Of a stretch of 64,000 nucleotides of DNA, positions 19,329-28,860 are shown one piece after another. The DNA is taken from contig VMDK01000027.1 in assembly GCA_008080835.1 (NCBI GenBank), forward strand, positions 1,514 through 65,513, read 5' to 3'. The position numbers and the translations under genes were made by a program. The notes beneath the pieces are model-generated. The model made no database searches. It was not told the origin of the DNA and saw only the letters and a list, made by a program, of their open reading frames with translations. This DNA comes from Sphingobacteriia bacterium. Lineage in GTDB: Bacteria; Bacteroidota; Bacteroidia; NS11-12g; UBA9320. Position 1 is the stretch's first letter. Every line of letters starts with the position of its first letter.

Positions 19329-20243
19329 ATGATCCGAATGGGAAAACATATCATCTTCAGTATCACCTTGCTTATCGTTTCGGCAGTTGGAATGGCTCAA
19401 GACTTGAACTGTACCGTGGAGGTGATCACACGAAGAGTGACGACCACCAACAAGCAGATATTTGAGGATTTCAAGAACTCGGTGACCCAATTCATCAATA
19501 ACCGTAAGTGGATAACCGAAGAAGTGCGCAGCAACGAGAAGATCGATTGTGCATTTATATTCGACTTCTCCACCTTTGAGATCGATAAGTTCTCCTGTCA
19601 ACTCAGCGTTCAGTCCAGTCGGACCATCTACGGAACTAATTACAACACCAAGATCCTGAACTACGTTGACAACAACTGCAATTTTCAGTATGCACAATTC
19701 CAGCAACTGGAGTTTCAGGAGAATGCCTACACCGGAAACCTAACCAGTATCATTGGATTTTATGTCAATATGATCATCGGAATGGATTTCGATTCATACA
19801 GTCTCTATGGTGGTAATCCTTATTTCAAGAAGGCACAGGCCATCAGAGATGCAGCCATGAACTCGGGTTCAGGCTGGCAGGCCAACGATGGAAACGGAAG
19901 CAGGAATCGCTATTTCCTCATCGACAATATGCTGGATGATCGGTTCAGACCTTTGCGAGATGCCATGTATCGATACCATATGAAAGGGCTAGACGTCATG
20001 CGTAAAGACATGGACGAAGGTCGCGAAGGAGTGTACAACAGCTTGAAGGACCTGAAAAAGGTCTACGATGCAATGCCCAACGCGTTCATACTTAGAATAT
20101 GGTTCAATGCCAAGGCGGATGAACTGATCCAGGTCTTCAAAAGAGCCAATCCTACACAAAAGAACAAGAGTGTAGAACTCCTTCAGAAAATGGATCCTGC
20201 AAATCGCAGCAGGTACGAAGAAGGAATCCTCAAAAACGGTTGA
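19329..20243 (+). CDS. Secreted hypothetical protein (DUF4835-like, commonly downstream of coaBC in Bacteroidetes)
   Basis: Signal peptide (ITLLIVSAVGMAQ), 304 aa. The family assignment is from memory of synteny only. Confidence 0.35.
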   Translation: MIRMGKHIIFSITLLIVSAVGMAQDLNCTVEVITRRVTTTNKQIFEDFKNSVTQFINNRKWITEEVRSNEKIDCAFIFDFSTFEIDKFSCQLSVQSSRTIYGTNYNTKILNYVDNNCNFQYAQFQQLEFQENAYTGNLTSIIGFYVNMIIGMDFDSYSLYGGNPYFKKAQAIRDAAMNSGSGWQANDGNGSRNRYFLIDNMLDDRFRPLRDAMYRYHMKGLDVMRKDMDEGREGVYNSLKDLKKVYDAMPNAFILRIWFNAKADELIQVFKRANPTQKNKSVELLQKMDPANRSRYEEGILKNG

Positions 20244-20280
20244 GAAAAATCAATGGAAACTTTTTCACTGACCAAATGGA

Positions 20281-21399
20281 TCAGTGGAAGAATTCTTTCA
20301 TTCGGTCAAAGAAGCTCTTATCGCCTTGTGGCTGTGGCTTGAAATTCTCACTTTCCTCCAACTCCTTGAGCATGTTCTTTTCCTGAGTGCTGAGCTTTTT
20401 GGGAGTCCAGATATTCACTTGCACCAGTTGATCTCCTTTCCCATATCCTTGTACTTCAGGCAAGCCTTTCCCTTTCAAACGCAATACCTTTCCGGCCTGC
20501 GTTCCGGGTTCTATCTTGATCTTCACTCTTCCACCAACGACCGGCACTTCCACATCACCACCTAGTGCAGCTTTTGGAAAACTGATGTACAGGTTGTGGA
20601 TGAGGTTTCGTCCATCGCGAATGAGTTCATCATGTGGGATCTCCTCGATCAGAACGATCAGGTCTCCGCTGCTTCCTCCTGTGATCTCATTTCCCTTTCC
20701 GCTTACGCTCAGTTGCATGCCATCTTCAACACCGGCCGGGATCTTAAGATTCGTGGTGACCTCTTTGCTGACCAGACCATCAGAATCTGCACCCGGAGGT
20801 CTTTTATCGACCATCTGGCCCTTACCATGGCACATCGGACAAACCGAAGTGGTCTGCATTTGTCCCAGGAAGGTATTGCTGACTCGGGTTACCTGACCAC
20901 GACCATTACAAGTCGAACATGTCTTATAGGTCACACCGTCGGCGACCACCTTTTTGGAGTACTTGATCTTTTTCTCGACTCCGTTTGCGATCTCATCGAG
21001 GTTGAGCTTCAACTTGATGCGGATATTGGATCCCACAGCTTGGCGAGAGCGTCCGCGACCTCCTCCACCAAAGAAACTTTCAAAAGGGCTACCTCCACCG
21101 AAAATATCTCCAAACTGACTGAAGATGTCCTCCATGGACATTCCACCTCCACTGAAGCCTCCACCTGCTGCTCCTCCAACTCCTTGATGTCCGAATTGAT
21201 CGTAGCGCTGGCGCTTTTCAGCATTACTGAGAACCTCATAGGCTTCTGCAGCCTCCTTGAATTTCTCCTCCGCACTCGGGTCGTCGGGATTCTTATCGGG
21301 GTGATACTTGATCGCAAGCTTGCGATACGCTTTTTTGAGCTCCGCCTCGGTCGCGTTCTTCTCAACCCCTAATACCTCGTAGTAATCTCTTTTCGCCAT
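20281..21399 (-). CDS. dnaJ: Molecular chaperone DnaJ
   Basis: J-domain with HPD (KYHPDKNP), Gly/Phe-rich linker, four CxxCxGxG zinc-finger repeats, C-terminal domains. 372 aa. Confidence 0.95.
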   Translation of the reverse strand: MAKRDYYEVLGVEKNATEAELKKAYRKLAIKYHPDKNPDDPSAEEKFKEAAEAYEVLSNAEKRQRYDQFGHQGVGGAAGGGFSGGGMSMEDIFSQFGDIFGGGSPFESFFGGGGRGRSRQAVGSNIRIKLKLNLDEIANGVEKKIKYSKKVVADGVTYKTCSTCNGRGQVTRVSNTFLGQMQTTSVCPMCHGKGQMVDKRPPGADSDGLVSKEVTTNLKIPAGVEDGMQLSVSGKGNEITGGSSGDLIVLIEEIPHDELIRDGRNLIHNLYISFPKAALGGDVEVPVVGGRVKIKIEPGTQAGKVLRLKGKGLPEVQGYGKGDQLVQVNIWTPKKLSTQEKNMLKELEESENFKPQPQGDKSFFDRMKEFFH

Positions 21400-21402
21400 A
21401 CC

Positions 21403-21966
21403 TTACTCCCCAACTACTACTTTGGCGTATCTCAATACTTTGTCGTGCAGCATGTAGCCGGTTTCGATCACATCAACCACTTTGCCCGACAACTTTGGAT
21501 CCGGTGCCGGAATGCGCGTGATCGCCTCATGGAAATCGGCATCAAATTCTTGCTCTTTTGACTCATATGCCTTCAGCCCTTTTGCCTGAAGGATATTGAT
21601 CATCTTCGTTTGGACCAGCTGTACTCCTTCGATCACGGATGCCACATCCTTGGCATCTTTAGAGGTCTCGATCGCTCTTTCAAAATCGTCCAAAACCGGA
21701 AGCAGGTCTTCCATGATCTCGCGACCTGCGCTGTTGATCAGGTCGAGTCGCTCTCGTGCTGTACGCTTGCGAAAGTTGTCAAACTCCGAATAGAGTCGAA
21801 GATACTTGTCCTTCGCTTCCGCGATTTCCGCATCTTTATCGATCGTCTGCTCTTGCGCATCAGCGTCATCAGCATCCGTCGAATTTGCATCAGTATCTTG
21901 AGCCTGTACGTCCTGTTCGGTCATTACCGGCTCTTCATTTTTGTCAGCTTTTTTCTTCCTTTTCAT
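21403..21966 (-). CDS. grpE: Nucleotide exchange factor GrpE
   Basis: The ATG at 21966 gives MKRKKKADKNEE. Acidic N-terminus, coiled-coil, and a C-terminal GrpE beta-domain (VIETGYMLHDKVLRYAKVVV). Directly upstream of dnaJ. Confidence 0.9.
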   Translation of the reverse strand: MKRKKKADKNEEPVMTEQDVQAQDTDANSTDADDADAQEQTIDKDAEIAEAKDKYLRLYSEFDNFRKRTARERLDLINSAGREIMEDLLPVLDDFERAIETSKDAKDVASVIEGVQLVQTKMINILQAKGLKAYESKEQEFDADFHEAITRIPAPDPKLSGKVVDVIETGYMLHDKVLRYAKVVVGE

Positions 21967-22062
21967 GACTTCCACTTGTGTGCAACAATATTGCCAAAGA
22001 ACGAATGTCGTTCTCAATGGCAGAAAACTCAGAAATGATGGGTAACTAGTGCCAAAATGACA

Positions 22063-23367
22063 CTACAAACGAGTGATGTCAGCACCAAGATCTTTCAAGC
22101 GCTGCTCAATGTTTTCGTATCCGCGATCGATCTGTTCAATGCTGTGAATGGTACTCTCTCCTTTGGCCGCAAGTGCCGCGATCAGAAGAGATACCCCGGC
22201 CCTGATATCAGGAGATGTCATGTTTATCCCGCGAAGCTCCACGCTTCGATTCAATCCCATGACAGTTGCACGGTGTGGATCGCATAGGATGATCTGAGCA
22301 CCCATATCGATCAAATTATCGACGAAGAACAAACGGCTTTCGAACATCTTCTGATGGATGAGCACGTTTCCTTTTGCCTGTATACACATCACAAGGATCG
22401 CACTGATAAGGTCAGGCGACAATCCCGGCCATGGTGCATCAGCTATGGTTAGCATCGAGCCATCGATGAAGCTATCGATCTCATATTCGGCATTGTCGAA
22501 TACCCGAATATTATCGTCCTCCACCGTGAAGTTCACTCCGAGGTTGCGGTAGGTTTCAGGCATGATACCCAGCTCATCGTAGCGTACATTTTCGATGGTT
22601 ATATCTGAGTTGGTCAGAGCGGCTAAAGACATGAAGGAACCGATCTCGATCATGTCGGGAAGTAGTCTGTGACGGCAACCACCCAGACTCTTGACTCCTT
22701 CGATGGTAAGCAAGTTCGATCCTACCCCGGAGATCTTTGCGCCCATACTGTTGAGCATTTTACAAAGCTGCTGCAGGTAAGGTTCACAAGCCGCATTGTA
22801 AATGGTCGTGGTACCTTCCGCCATGACTGCAGCCATGACAATATTGGCGGTACCGGTAACTGAAGCTTCCTTAAGGAGCATATCCGTTCCGATAAGCGGT
22901 TCACCTTCGACTTTGAAGTATTTTTTCTCCCGGTTGAATTCGAATGTAGCCCCAAGCGCTTCGAATCCGCGGAAGTGTGTATCCAGACGACGACGACCGA
23001 TCTTGTCTCCACCAGGGCTTGGAATGGTACCATAACCAAACCGCGCCAAGAGTGGTCCAAGGATCATTACAGATCCTCGAATAGTCGTTCCGGTCTTAGC
23101 AAATTCTTCGGAATGGATATAATCCATATCCACGGTTTCTGCTTTGAATGACCAAGTAGAGTTACCGAGTGATTTTACCTCCACTCCGAGACCTCCAATA
23201 AGTTCTATCAGCCTATTGACGTCCCTGATATCGGGGACGTTCTCAATGATCACTTCTTCGGGGGTGAGTAGAACCGCAGATATTACTTGAAGAGCCTCAT
23301 TTTTAGCTCCTTGCGGGGTGATTTTTCCGTGAAGGGCATTGCCACCCCTGATTAGAAATGATCCCAT
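22063..23367 (-). CDS. murA: UDP-N-acetylglucosamine 1-carboxyvinyltransferase
   Basis: The ATG at 23367 gives MGSFLIRGGNALHGKITPQGAKNEAL (EPT family). Active-site Cys region GGCRH... 434 aa. Confidence 0.9.
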   Translation of the reverse strand: MGSFLIRGGNALHGKITPQGAKNEALQVISAVLLTPEEVIIENVPDIRDVNRLIELIGGLGVEVKSLGNSTWSFKAETVDMDYIHSEEFAKTGTTIRGSVMILGPLLARFGYGTIPSPGGDKIGRRRLDTHFRGFEALGATFEFNREKKYFKVEGEPLIGTDMLLKEASVTGTANIVMAAVMAEGTTTIYNAACEPYLQQLCKMLNSMGAKISGVGSNLLTIEGVKSLGGCRHRLLPDMIEIGSFMSLAALTNSDITIENVRYDELGIMPETYRNLGVNFTVEDDNIRVFDNAEYEIDSFIDGSMLTIADAPWPGLSPDLISAILVMCIQAKGNVLIHQKMFESRLFFVDNLIDMGAQIILCDPHRATVMGLNRSVELRGINMTSPDIRAGVSLLIAALAAKGESTIHSIEQIDRGYENIEQRLKDLGADITRL

Positions 23368-23368
23368 G

Positions 23369-23977
23369 CTATTTCTTTTTCTTTTTCTTTTTGTTGTTCG
23401 GTTTCGGACGTCTTGCGCGATGCTCGATATGGATCTCGAGATCACCCGGATCGAGTGAAAGTTGACCCTTAGATAAAGTATTGAGGTGGTTGATCACGGC
23501 GTTGTTATCAAGGTTCTCATCATTCCAATTGCGTGAAGTGTTCACCATGAAACTTGCGATGTAGTTGATGAGCGCCGTTTTCATCTCTGAATCTTCCATG
23601 GCAGCTGCTTGCTCCACCATTTGCTGAAGATTTCGTCCATAGAAGCGGAATTTGATCAATTCATCTTTGTACGGAACCGGTTCAGGCGTACGATTCACGT
23701 TCTCGGGCTCCGGTTTTGGATACGGGCCGTCTACATCGAGCTTGTAATCAGAAATAATGTATAAGTGATCCCACAACTTTTGCTCGTAGTTATCGAGTTC
23801 CTTGATCTGCGGATTCAAGCTGATCATCACCTCAACAATAGCTTCGGCAAGTCTTGTCCGCTCAATTCTGTCCTTGATGGTCATGACTTGTTCAACCATC
23901 TTCTGGACGTTTCTTCCATACTCAGAGATCACCATCGGATCTTCTTCCGTATTGTACACAACTGTACGTTCTTCCAT
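23369..23977 (-). CDS. DUF4290-like protein with internal duplication and poly-Lys tail
   Basis: Internal repeat (EYGRNVQKMVEQV / FYGRNLQQMVEQA). Ends ...NNKKKKKKK* encoded by (AAAAAG)3. Its stop lies 1 nt from the murA ATG, so it is presumably co-transcribed. The DUF4290-murA synteny is recollected. Confidence 0.5.
   Translation of the reverse strand: MEERTVVYNTEEDPMVISEYGRNVQKMVEQVMTIKDRIERTRLAEAIVEVMISLNPQIKELDNYEQKLWDHLYIISDYKLDVDGPYPKPEPENVNRTPEPVPYKDELIKFRFYGRNLQQMVEQAAAMEDSEMKTALINYIASFMVNTSRNWNDENLDNNAVINHLNTLSKGQLSLDPGDLEIHIEHRARRPKPNNKKKKKKK
23375..23392. repeat. Hexanucleotide simple-sequence repeat (CTTTTT)3 / (AAAAAG)3 at the 3' end of the DUF4290-like gene, abutting the murA start
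   Basis: Read directly: c-ttttt-c-ttttt-c-ttttt at 23375-23392. Confidence 0.8.
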
Positions 23978-24145
23978 AGGGCAAATATAAACCATAAGAA
24001 AGGCGCTTTAACCCGAGGCATTTAATTCATTCCTTGAGGCGAAGTGAAGTACCAATTGGGTGTGATTTTTTCTTCAGGTGACTCTAAAATCGATTCCGAA
24101 ATCACACGCTAATCTCATGGCATTATAAAGTAAATGTTAACAAAG

Positions 24146-24177
24146 TTTGTATTAATTGTCACCAGTCACTAATTTAG
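24146..24177 (+). promoter_or_regulatory. Putative promoter for susC-like gene (-33 TTTG, 20-nt spacer, -7 TAATTTAG)
   Basis: TTTG at 24146-24149 and TAATTTAG at 24170-24177, one mismatch to TAnnTTTG. ATG at 24199. Confidence 0.3.
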
Positions 24178-24198
24178 TCGTCATCTAAATGTAAGCGT

Positions 24199-27100
24199 AT
24201 GATTAAAAAGAGTTACAACTTACTCTGTATCATGCTATTACTCTTTATTGGGATGGAGGCATCCGCCCAAAGTAGAGTAATAACAGGTACTGTCACAGGA
24301 GATGGCGACAATGAGCCATTGATTGGCGTTTCTGTTTTGGTCAAAGGGACCAGTATAGGAACGGTTTCTGATTTGGACGGCAAGTATTCGATTGCCGTTC
24401 CAAAAGGCGACCAGGTGTTGATTTACAGTTACACCGGGTTCGTCACGCAGGAAGTGACTGTCGGCAGCTCAAGCAACATTAACATCACCATGCAAGAAGA
24501 TGTTATGGGCTTGGAAGAAGCTGTAGTCACTGCCCTGGCTATTAAAAAGGAGGTCCGGTCTCTCGGATACTCTGCTCAAAAAGTCGGAGGGGATGAACTT
24601 GCCGAGTCTGGTGAAGTGAACGTGATCCAGGGACTTGCGGCGAAAACGTCGGGAGTTCAAGTAGTTGGATCAGGTGGCACACCTGGTGCAAGTAGCAAGA
24701 TCCTTATCCGTGGTAATGCATCATTTACCAGAGGTAACCAACCACTTATCGTGATCGATGGTATTCCTATCGACAACTCACAAGGTAACATGAACGGTAG
24801 TTCTGCCAGTGATTATCCTTTCAATGCAGGATTGAGCGGTGTGAACAGTTCAAACCGTGGTGTGGACCTGAACCCAGCTGACATTGAGTCGGTAACAGTT
24901 CTTAAAGGTCCAGCTGCAACAGCGCTTTACGGTTCACGAGCAGGAAATGGTGCGATCATCTACACTACCAAACGTTACAAGTCTGGTGTGAAAGCAACGT
25001 TTAGCAGTTCGGTTGAGATCTCTCAGGTGAACAAAATGCCTGGCCTTCAGAGCGAATACGCTCAGGGTTCAGGAGGTGCTTATACTGTTGCGGATCCGGG
25101 ACCTGATGGATTATGGTTTACGGCTGATGATGTAGCTTATGGTACGTCTGCAAGCTGGGGACCAAAAATCGGAGGGACCGGTGGAGAAGACCTGACAAGC
25201 ACAGACAACGTTGACAATTTCTTCCAGAATGGAGTTTCGTGGAACAACAACTTGTCTTTCTCAGGTGGAAGTCAAAAAGCGAATTATCGCTTGTCGATCG
25301 GTAACAGCCAAGTAACAGGTACTATACCTAACACGGACTGGGATCGTACTTCGATTCGCTTGACGAGTGATGTTCAGCTCACCGACAAATTGAAACTTGG
25401 TGGTACGGCCAATTATGTCAACTCGGGTGGTACTCGTGTACAGAATGGATCAAACCTTTCAGGTGTGATGCTCGGTCTGACACGTGCCCCTGCAAGTTTT
25501 GACCTTACTGGTGGCGGAAACACCAATCCAGAAGATGGAGCTGTTACTTGGAAACTTGGTAGTGGAAACCAATACCAGTATTTCTATCCTTATGATAACC
25601 CGTATTGGACGGTATATGAAAACCCATCCACAGATAATGTGGATCGTATGATCGGTAACTTTGATGTTCTGTACAACCCGAACAGCTGGTTGACCGTAGC
25701 GTACAAACTGGGTATCGATGCATATACTGATTCACGTCAATCGATCTTCGCTGTTCACTCTTGGGATCCTCCAAGTCCAACCGGACAGGTGGAGCAATTC
25801 GTAGTTCGTAGCAAGGAAGTCTACTCTGACCTCATCCTTACTGGGGTGAAGGATTTCAGCGACAAGTTGAGCGGAAAATTGAGTGTTGGTAATAACCTCA
25901 ACCACCGTTTCGCTTCAGAGCAATATCTCCGGGGTCGTAACTTGAGTGTAGAAGGATTCTACAACTTGAGTAACGCTTCAAACCTCTACGCGGGTAACTC
26001 CGAAGCAACAGTGAGAACTTCTTCTCTCTTCGTGATGGGAGATCTCGATTTTGATAACACATACTATTTGTCATTCACCGGTCGTAATGACTGGGCTTCT
26101 ACTTTCGGAGAAGGACAGAACAACTTCTTCTATCCTTCTGTGAACGCAGCTATTGTCTTTACTGAGCTGATGGAAGCGAATACAGGTTTGAGAAAATATC
26201 TCGACTTCGGTAAACTTCGTTTGGGTTACGCTCAAACAGGTATCGAGCCTCCTGTGTATTCTTCTCAGACTTATTACGGGAGCCCGACTCTTACCGATGG
26301 ATTCACCGACGGTATTGCATTCCCATTCACAGGTGTGAACGGATTCACTACTTCGGAAGCTATGGGTAACCCTGATCTGAAGCCTGAGCGTCAGATAGGA
26401 ACTGAGATAGGACTTGACCTTCGATTCTTCAAAGGTCGTTTGACAGTTGATTATACATACTACAACCAGAAGTCAGTTGACATCCTATTGTTCCGTCCAC
26501 TTGCACAATCTAGTGGATTCCGATTCCAGTATACAAATGCTGGAGAGATGGTGAACAAAGGACATGAGTTGAGCGTAGGTGGTACTCCTATTCAAACTGA
26601 AAGCGGCTTCGATTGGAACATCGTAGCTAACTTCACTCAAAACATCAGTGAGGTAACTGCATTGGCTCAAGGAGTTGACGAGGTGAACATCGAGACTGCA
26701 TTCTCAAGTATCGGATCATTTGCTATCATAGGCCAGCCTTATGGAGCTTTGTTCGGAACACAGTGGGCACGAACAGATGATGGCCAATTACTCATCAATC
26801 CTAGTACAGGTTTGCCATTACTCGAAGCTGAAAGAGGAAACGTAGGAAATCCATTCCCTGACTTCCTCTTGAACATCAGAAACACATTCACATATAAAGG
26901 ATTGCGTTTGAGCGCATTGCTCGATATCCGTGAAGGTGGAGACATCTGGTGTGGTACTTGTGCTCGTCTGAACCGCCTCGGTCGTTCAGAAGAGTCTGCA
27001 AACCGCGAGGAAATGTACGTTATCGAAGGTGTCCTTGCTGATGCAAATGGCGAGTCTACCGGACAAGCGAACAACGTGGAGATCGATGCACGAACTTACT

Positions 27101-27396
27101 TCGAGCGTTATCTCGGTGACAACGGTGCAGCTGTTGAACAAGCTGTATTCGATGGTTCTTGGGTACGTCTACGTGAATTGACCCTTTCTTATGATTTCGA
27201 TATCAAGAAGGACATGAAGGTCTTGAAGACTTTGAATGTATACTTCACCGGAAGAAACCTTTGGTTGTCTACGGACTACCCAGGTGTTGATCCTGAAACA
27301 AGTTTGACTGGTTCCAGTTCAAACGTGAACGGATTTGACTACTTCAACAACCCGGGTACGAAATCGTATATCTTTGGACTTAAGGCAGGATTTTAA
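24199..27396 (+). CDS. SusC/RagA-family TonB-dependent outer-membrane receptor
   Basis: 1065 aa. Signal peptide. N-terminal carboxypeptidase-regulatory-like domain (VITGTVTGDGDNEPLIGVSVLVKGTSIGTVSDLDGKYS). TonB-plug and barrel. C-terminal ...LKAGF. Immediately followed by a SusD-like gene. Confidence 0.9.
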   Translation: MIKKSYNLLCIMLLLFIGMEASAQSRVITGTVTGDGDNEPLIGVSVLVKGTSIGTVSDLDGKYSIAVPKGDQVLIYSYTGFVTQEVTVGSSSNINITMQEDVMGLEEAVVTALAIKKEVRSLGYSAQKVGGDELAESGEVNVIQGLAAKTSGVQVVGSGGTPGASSKILIRGNASFTRGNQPLIVIDGIPIDNSQGNMNGSSASDYPFNAGLSGVNSSNRGVDLNPADIESVTVLKGPAATALYGSRAGNGAIIYTTKRYKSGVKATFSSSVEISQVNKMPGLQSEYAQGSGGAYTVADPGPDGLWFTADDVAYGTSASWGPKIGGTGGEDLTSTDNVDNFFQNGVSWNNNLSFSGGSQKANYRLSIGNSQVTGTIPNTDWDRTSIRLTSDVQLTDKLKLGGTANYVNSGGTRVQNGSNLSGVMLGLTRAPASFDLTGGGNTNPEDGAVTWKLGSGNQYQYFYPYDNPYWTVYENPSTDNVDRMIGNFDVLYNPNSWLTVAYKLGIDAYTDSRQSIFAVHSWDPPSPTGQVEQFVVRSKEVYSDLILTGVKDFSDKLSGKLSVGNNLNHRFASEQYLRGRNLSVEGFYNLSNASNLYAGNSEATVRTSSLFVMGDLDFDNTYYLSFTGRNDWASTFGEGQNNFFYPSVNAAIVFTELMEANTGLRKYLDFGKLRLGYAQTGIEPPVYSSQTYYGSPTLTDGFTDGIAFPFTGVNGFTTSEAMGNPDLKPERQIGTEIGLDLRFFKGRLTVDYTYYNQKSVDILLFRPLAQSSGFRFQYTNAGEMVNKGHELSVGGTPIQTESGFDWNIVANFTQNISEVTALAQGVDEVNIETAFSSIGSFAIIGQPYGALFGTQWARTDDGQLLINPSTGLPLLEAERGNVGNPFPDFLLNIRNTFTYKGLRLSALLDIREGGDIWCGTCARLNRLGRSEESANREEMYVIEGVLADANGESTGQANNVEIDARTYFERYLGDNGAAVEQAVFDGSWVRLRELTLSYDFDIKKDMKVLKTLNVYFTGRNLWLSTDYPGVDPETSLTGSSSNVNGFDYFNNPGTKSYIFGLKAGF

Positions 27397-27413
27397 TTGA
27401 GGAGGACAGAATT

Positions 27414-28790
27414 ATGAAAAACTTAAAACTATATTTCGTTTCAGCGTTGGTACTCTTCATGAGTGCCTGTAACGACTTCGTAGATGATTACGGAGTTTCT
27501 CCTAACGATCCTTCCGAGGTAACTCCTGCACTTCTGTTGTCTGGTGCTCAGGCAGCTGTTTTTGCTACCTATAATGGCCAGTTGACAAGAACAGGAAACA
27601 TGATGACTCAACATCTTTCGGGAACAGATTTCCAGATGGTAGAGTATGATAACTATGTCATCATGGAAGGAGATAACAACAACGAATGGAGCATGATCTA
27701 TAATCACATAATTGAACCTTGTAACAACATCATCGATGTTTACGGGGACGAAAACCCATACTATCGTGGTATGGCACGTGTACTCAAAGCGATGGGTGCA
27801 GGTGTTGCTACGGATTATTGGGGTGATATTCCATTAAGTGAAGCGGCAAAAGGCCTCACTGAGGGTAACCTTGAGCCGATGTATGACAATCAGGAAGACG
27901 TGATCAAAGCCATTCAGACTATGCTGGATGATGCGATCGCGGATTTCGGAGCTGATCCAGCAAGCAACGCTAACACTCCTGGAGCTGATGATCTTATCGC
28001 AGGTGGTGACATCGATGCTTGGAAACGTTTTGCGTACATGCTAAAAGCTCGCTATGCGATCCGTCTTACTAAAAAGGATAAGACGTCAGCAGCTGATGCT
28101 GCGTTGCAGGCACTTGTAGATGCTGGTTTGACCGGCAACTCTGACGACATGCTTTCTCGCTATGGAACCAATGGTAACGAGTTGAACCCATGGGATGCTT
28201 TCGAGCAGGATCGTGGAGGATATCTCAGAGTTGGAGCGACACTTATGGACATGATGCTAGCTAAAAATGACCCACGTATCAGTGCTTATGCTGCAGTGGA
28301 TACAGGTGGAGCATATCGTGGAGCTATCCTTGGTTCAGGTGACCAAACAGCTTCTCCGATAGGAACTCATTTGAGAGCAACTACCGGTGATCTGATCTCC
28401 TATGTGGAGTGTAAGTTCATCCAGGCAGAAGCAAACTTCCACAAAGGTGAGCTTACTGGTGCTGCAAACGCCTACAACGAAGCGATCAATGCATCGATCA
28501 TGAAAGTGACCGGCGCAGCTGATACAGCGTATTCAAACATGTATGCGAACGAGAATAACACCACGATCACCTTAGAGAAGATCATGGATCAGAAATACAT
28601 TGCCATGTTTGGACAATGTGAGGCTTGGGCAGATTGGAGAAGAACCAATATGCCAGCACTGACTCCTAATCCTAATGCACAGATAACTGAGATCCCTCGT
28701 CGTCTACCGACAGTGATCGAAGAGCGCCTGTACAATAGCAATGCTCCTAGCAACACGGACATCACTGCTCCGGTTTGGTGGGATGAGTAA
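27414..28790 (+). CDS. SusD/RagB-family nutrient-binding outer-membrane lipoprotein
   Basis: Lipoprotein signal (LFMSAC). 458 aa helical/TPR-like SusD architecture. Sits 17 nt after the susC-like stop. Confidence 0.85.
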   Translation: MKNLKLYFVSALVLFMSACNDFVDDYGVSPNDPSEVTPALLLSGAQAAVFATYNGQLTRTGNMMTQHLSGTDFQMVEYDNYVIMEGDNNNEWSMIYNHIIEPCNNIIDVYGDENPYYRGMARVLKAMGAGVATDYWGDIPLSEAAKGLTEGNLEPMYDNQEDVIKAIQTMLDDAIADFGADPASNANTPGADDLIAGGDIDAWKRFAYMLKARYAIRLTKKDKTSAADAALQALVDAGLTGNSDDMLSRYGTNGNELNPWDAFEQDRGGYLRVGATLMDMMLAKNDPRISAYAAVDTGGAYRGAILGSGDQTASPIGTHLRATTGDLISYVECKFIQAEANFHKGELTGAANAYNEAINASIMKVTGAADTAYSNMYANENNTTITLEKIMDQKYIAMFGQCEAWADWRRTNMPALTPNPNAQITEIPRRLPTVIEERLYNSNAPSNTDITAPVWWDE

Positions 28791-28813
28791 CTCTTTATAG
28801 AACCTCAGATTTG

Positions 28814-28844
28814 GGAGCGGCCGAAAGGTCGCTCCTTTTTTTTA
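28814..28844 (+). terminator. Rho-independent terminator (9-bp stem, GAAA tetraloop, T9)
   Basis: ggagcggcc-gaaa-ggtcgctcc at 28814-28835 followed by ttttttttt. Lies between the susD-like stop and the convergent aldehyde dehydrogenase stop. Confidence 0.65.
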
Positions 28845-28860
28845 GGGAAAAACTGGCAGA

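Noticed and set aside
20596-21372. 258-aa ORF on the plus strand
   Set aside because: It is entirely antisense to dnaJ. Long antisense ORFs are expected opposite GC-biased Gly/Cys-repeat codons. It has no start context or motifs.
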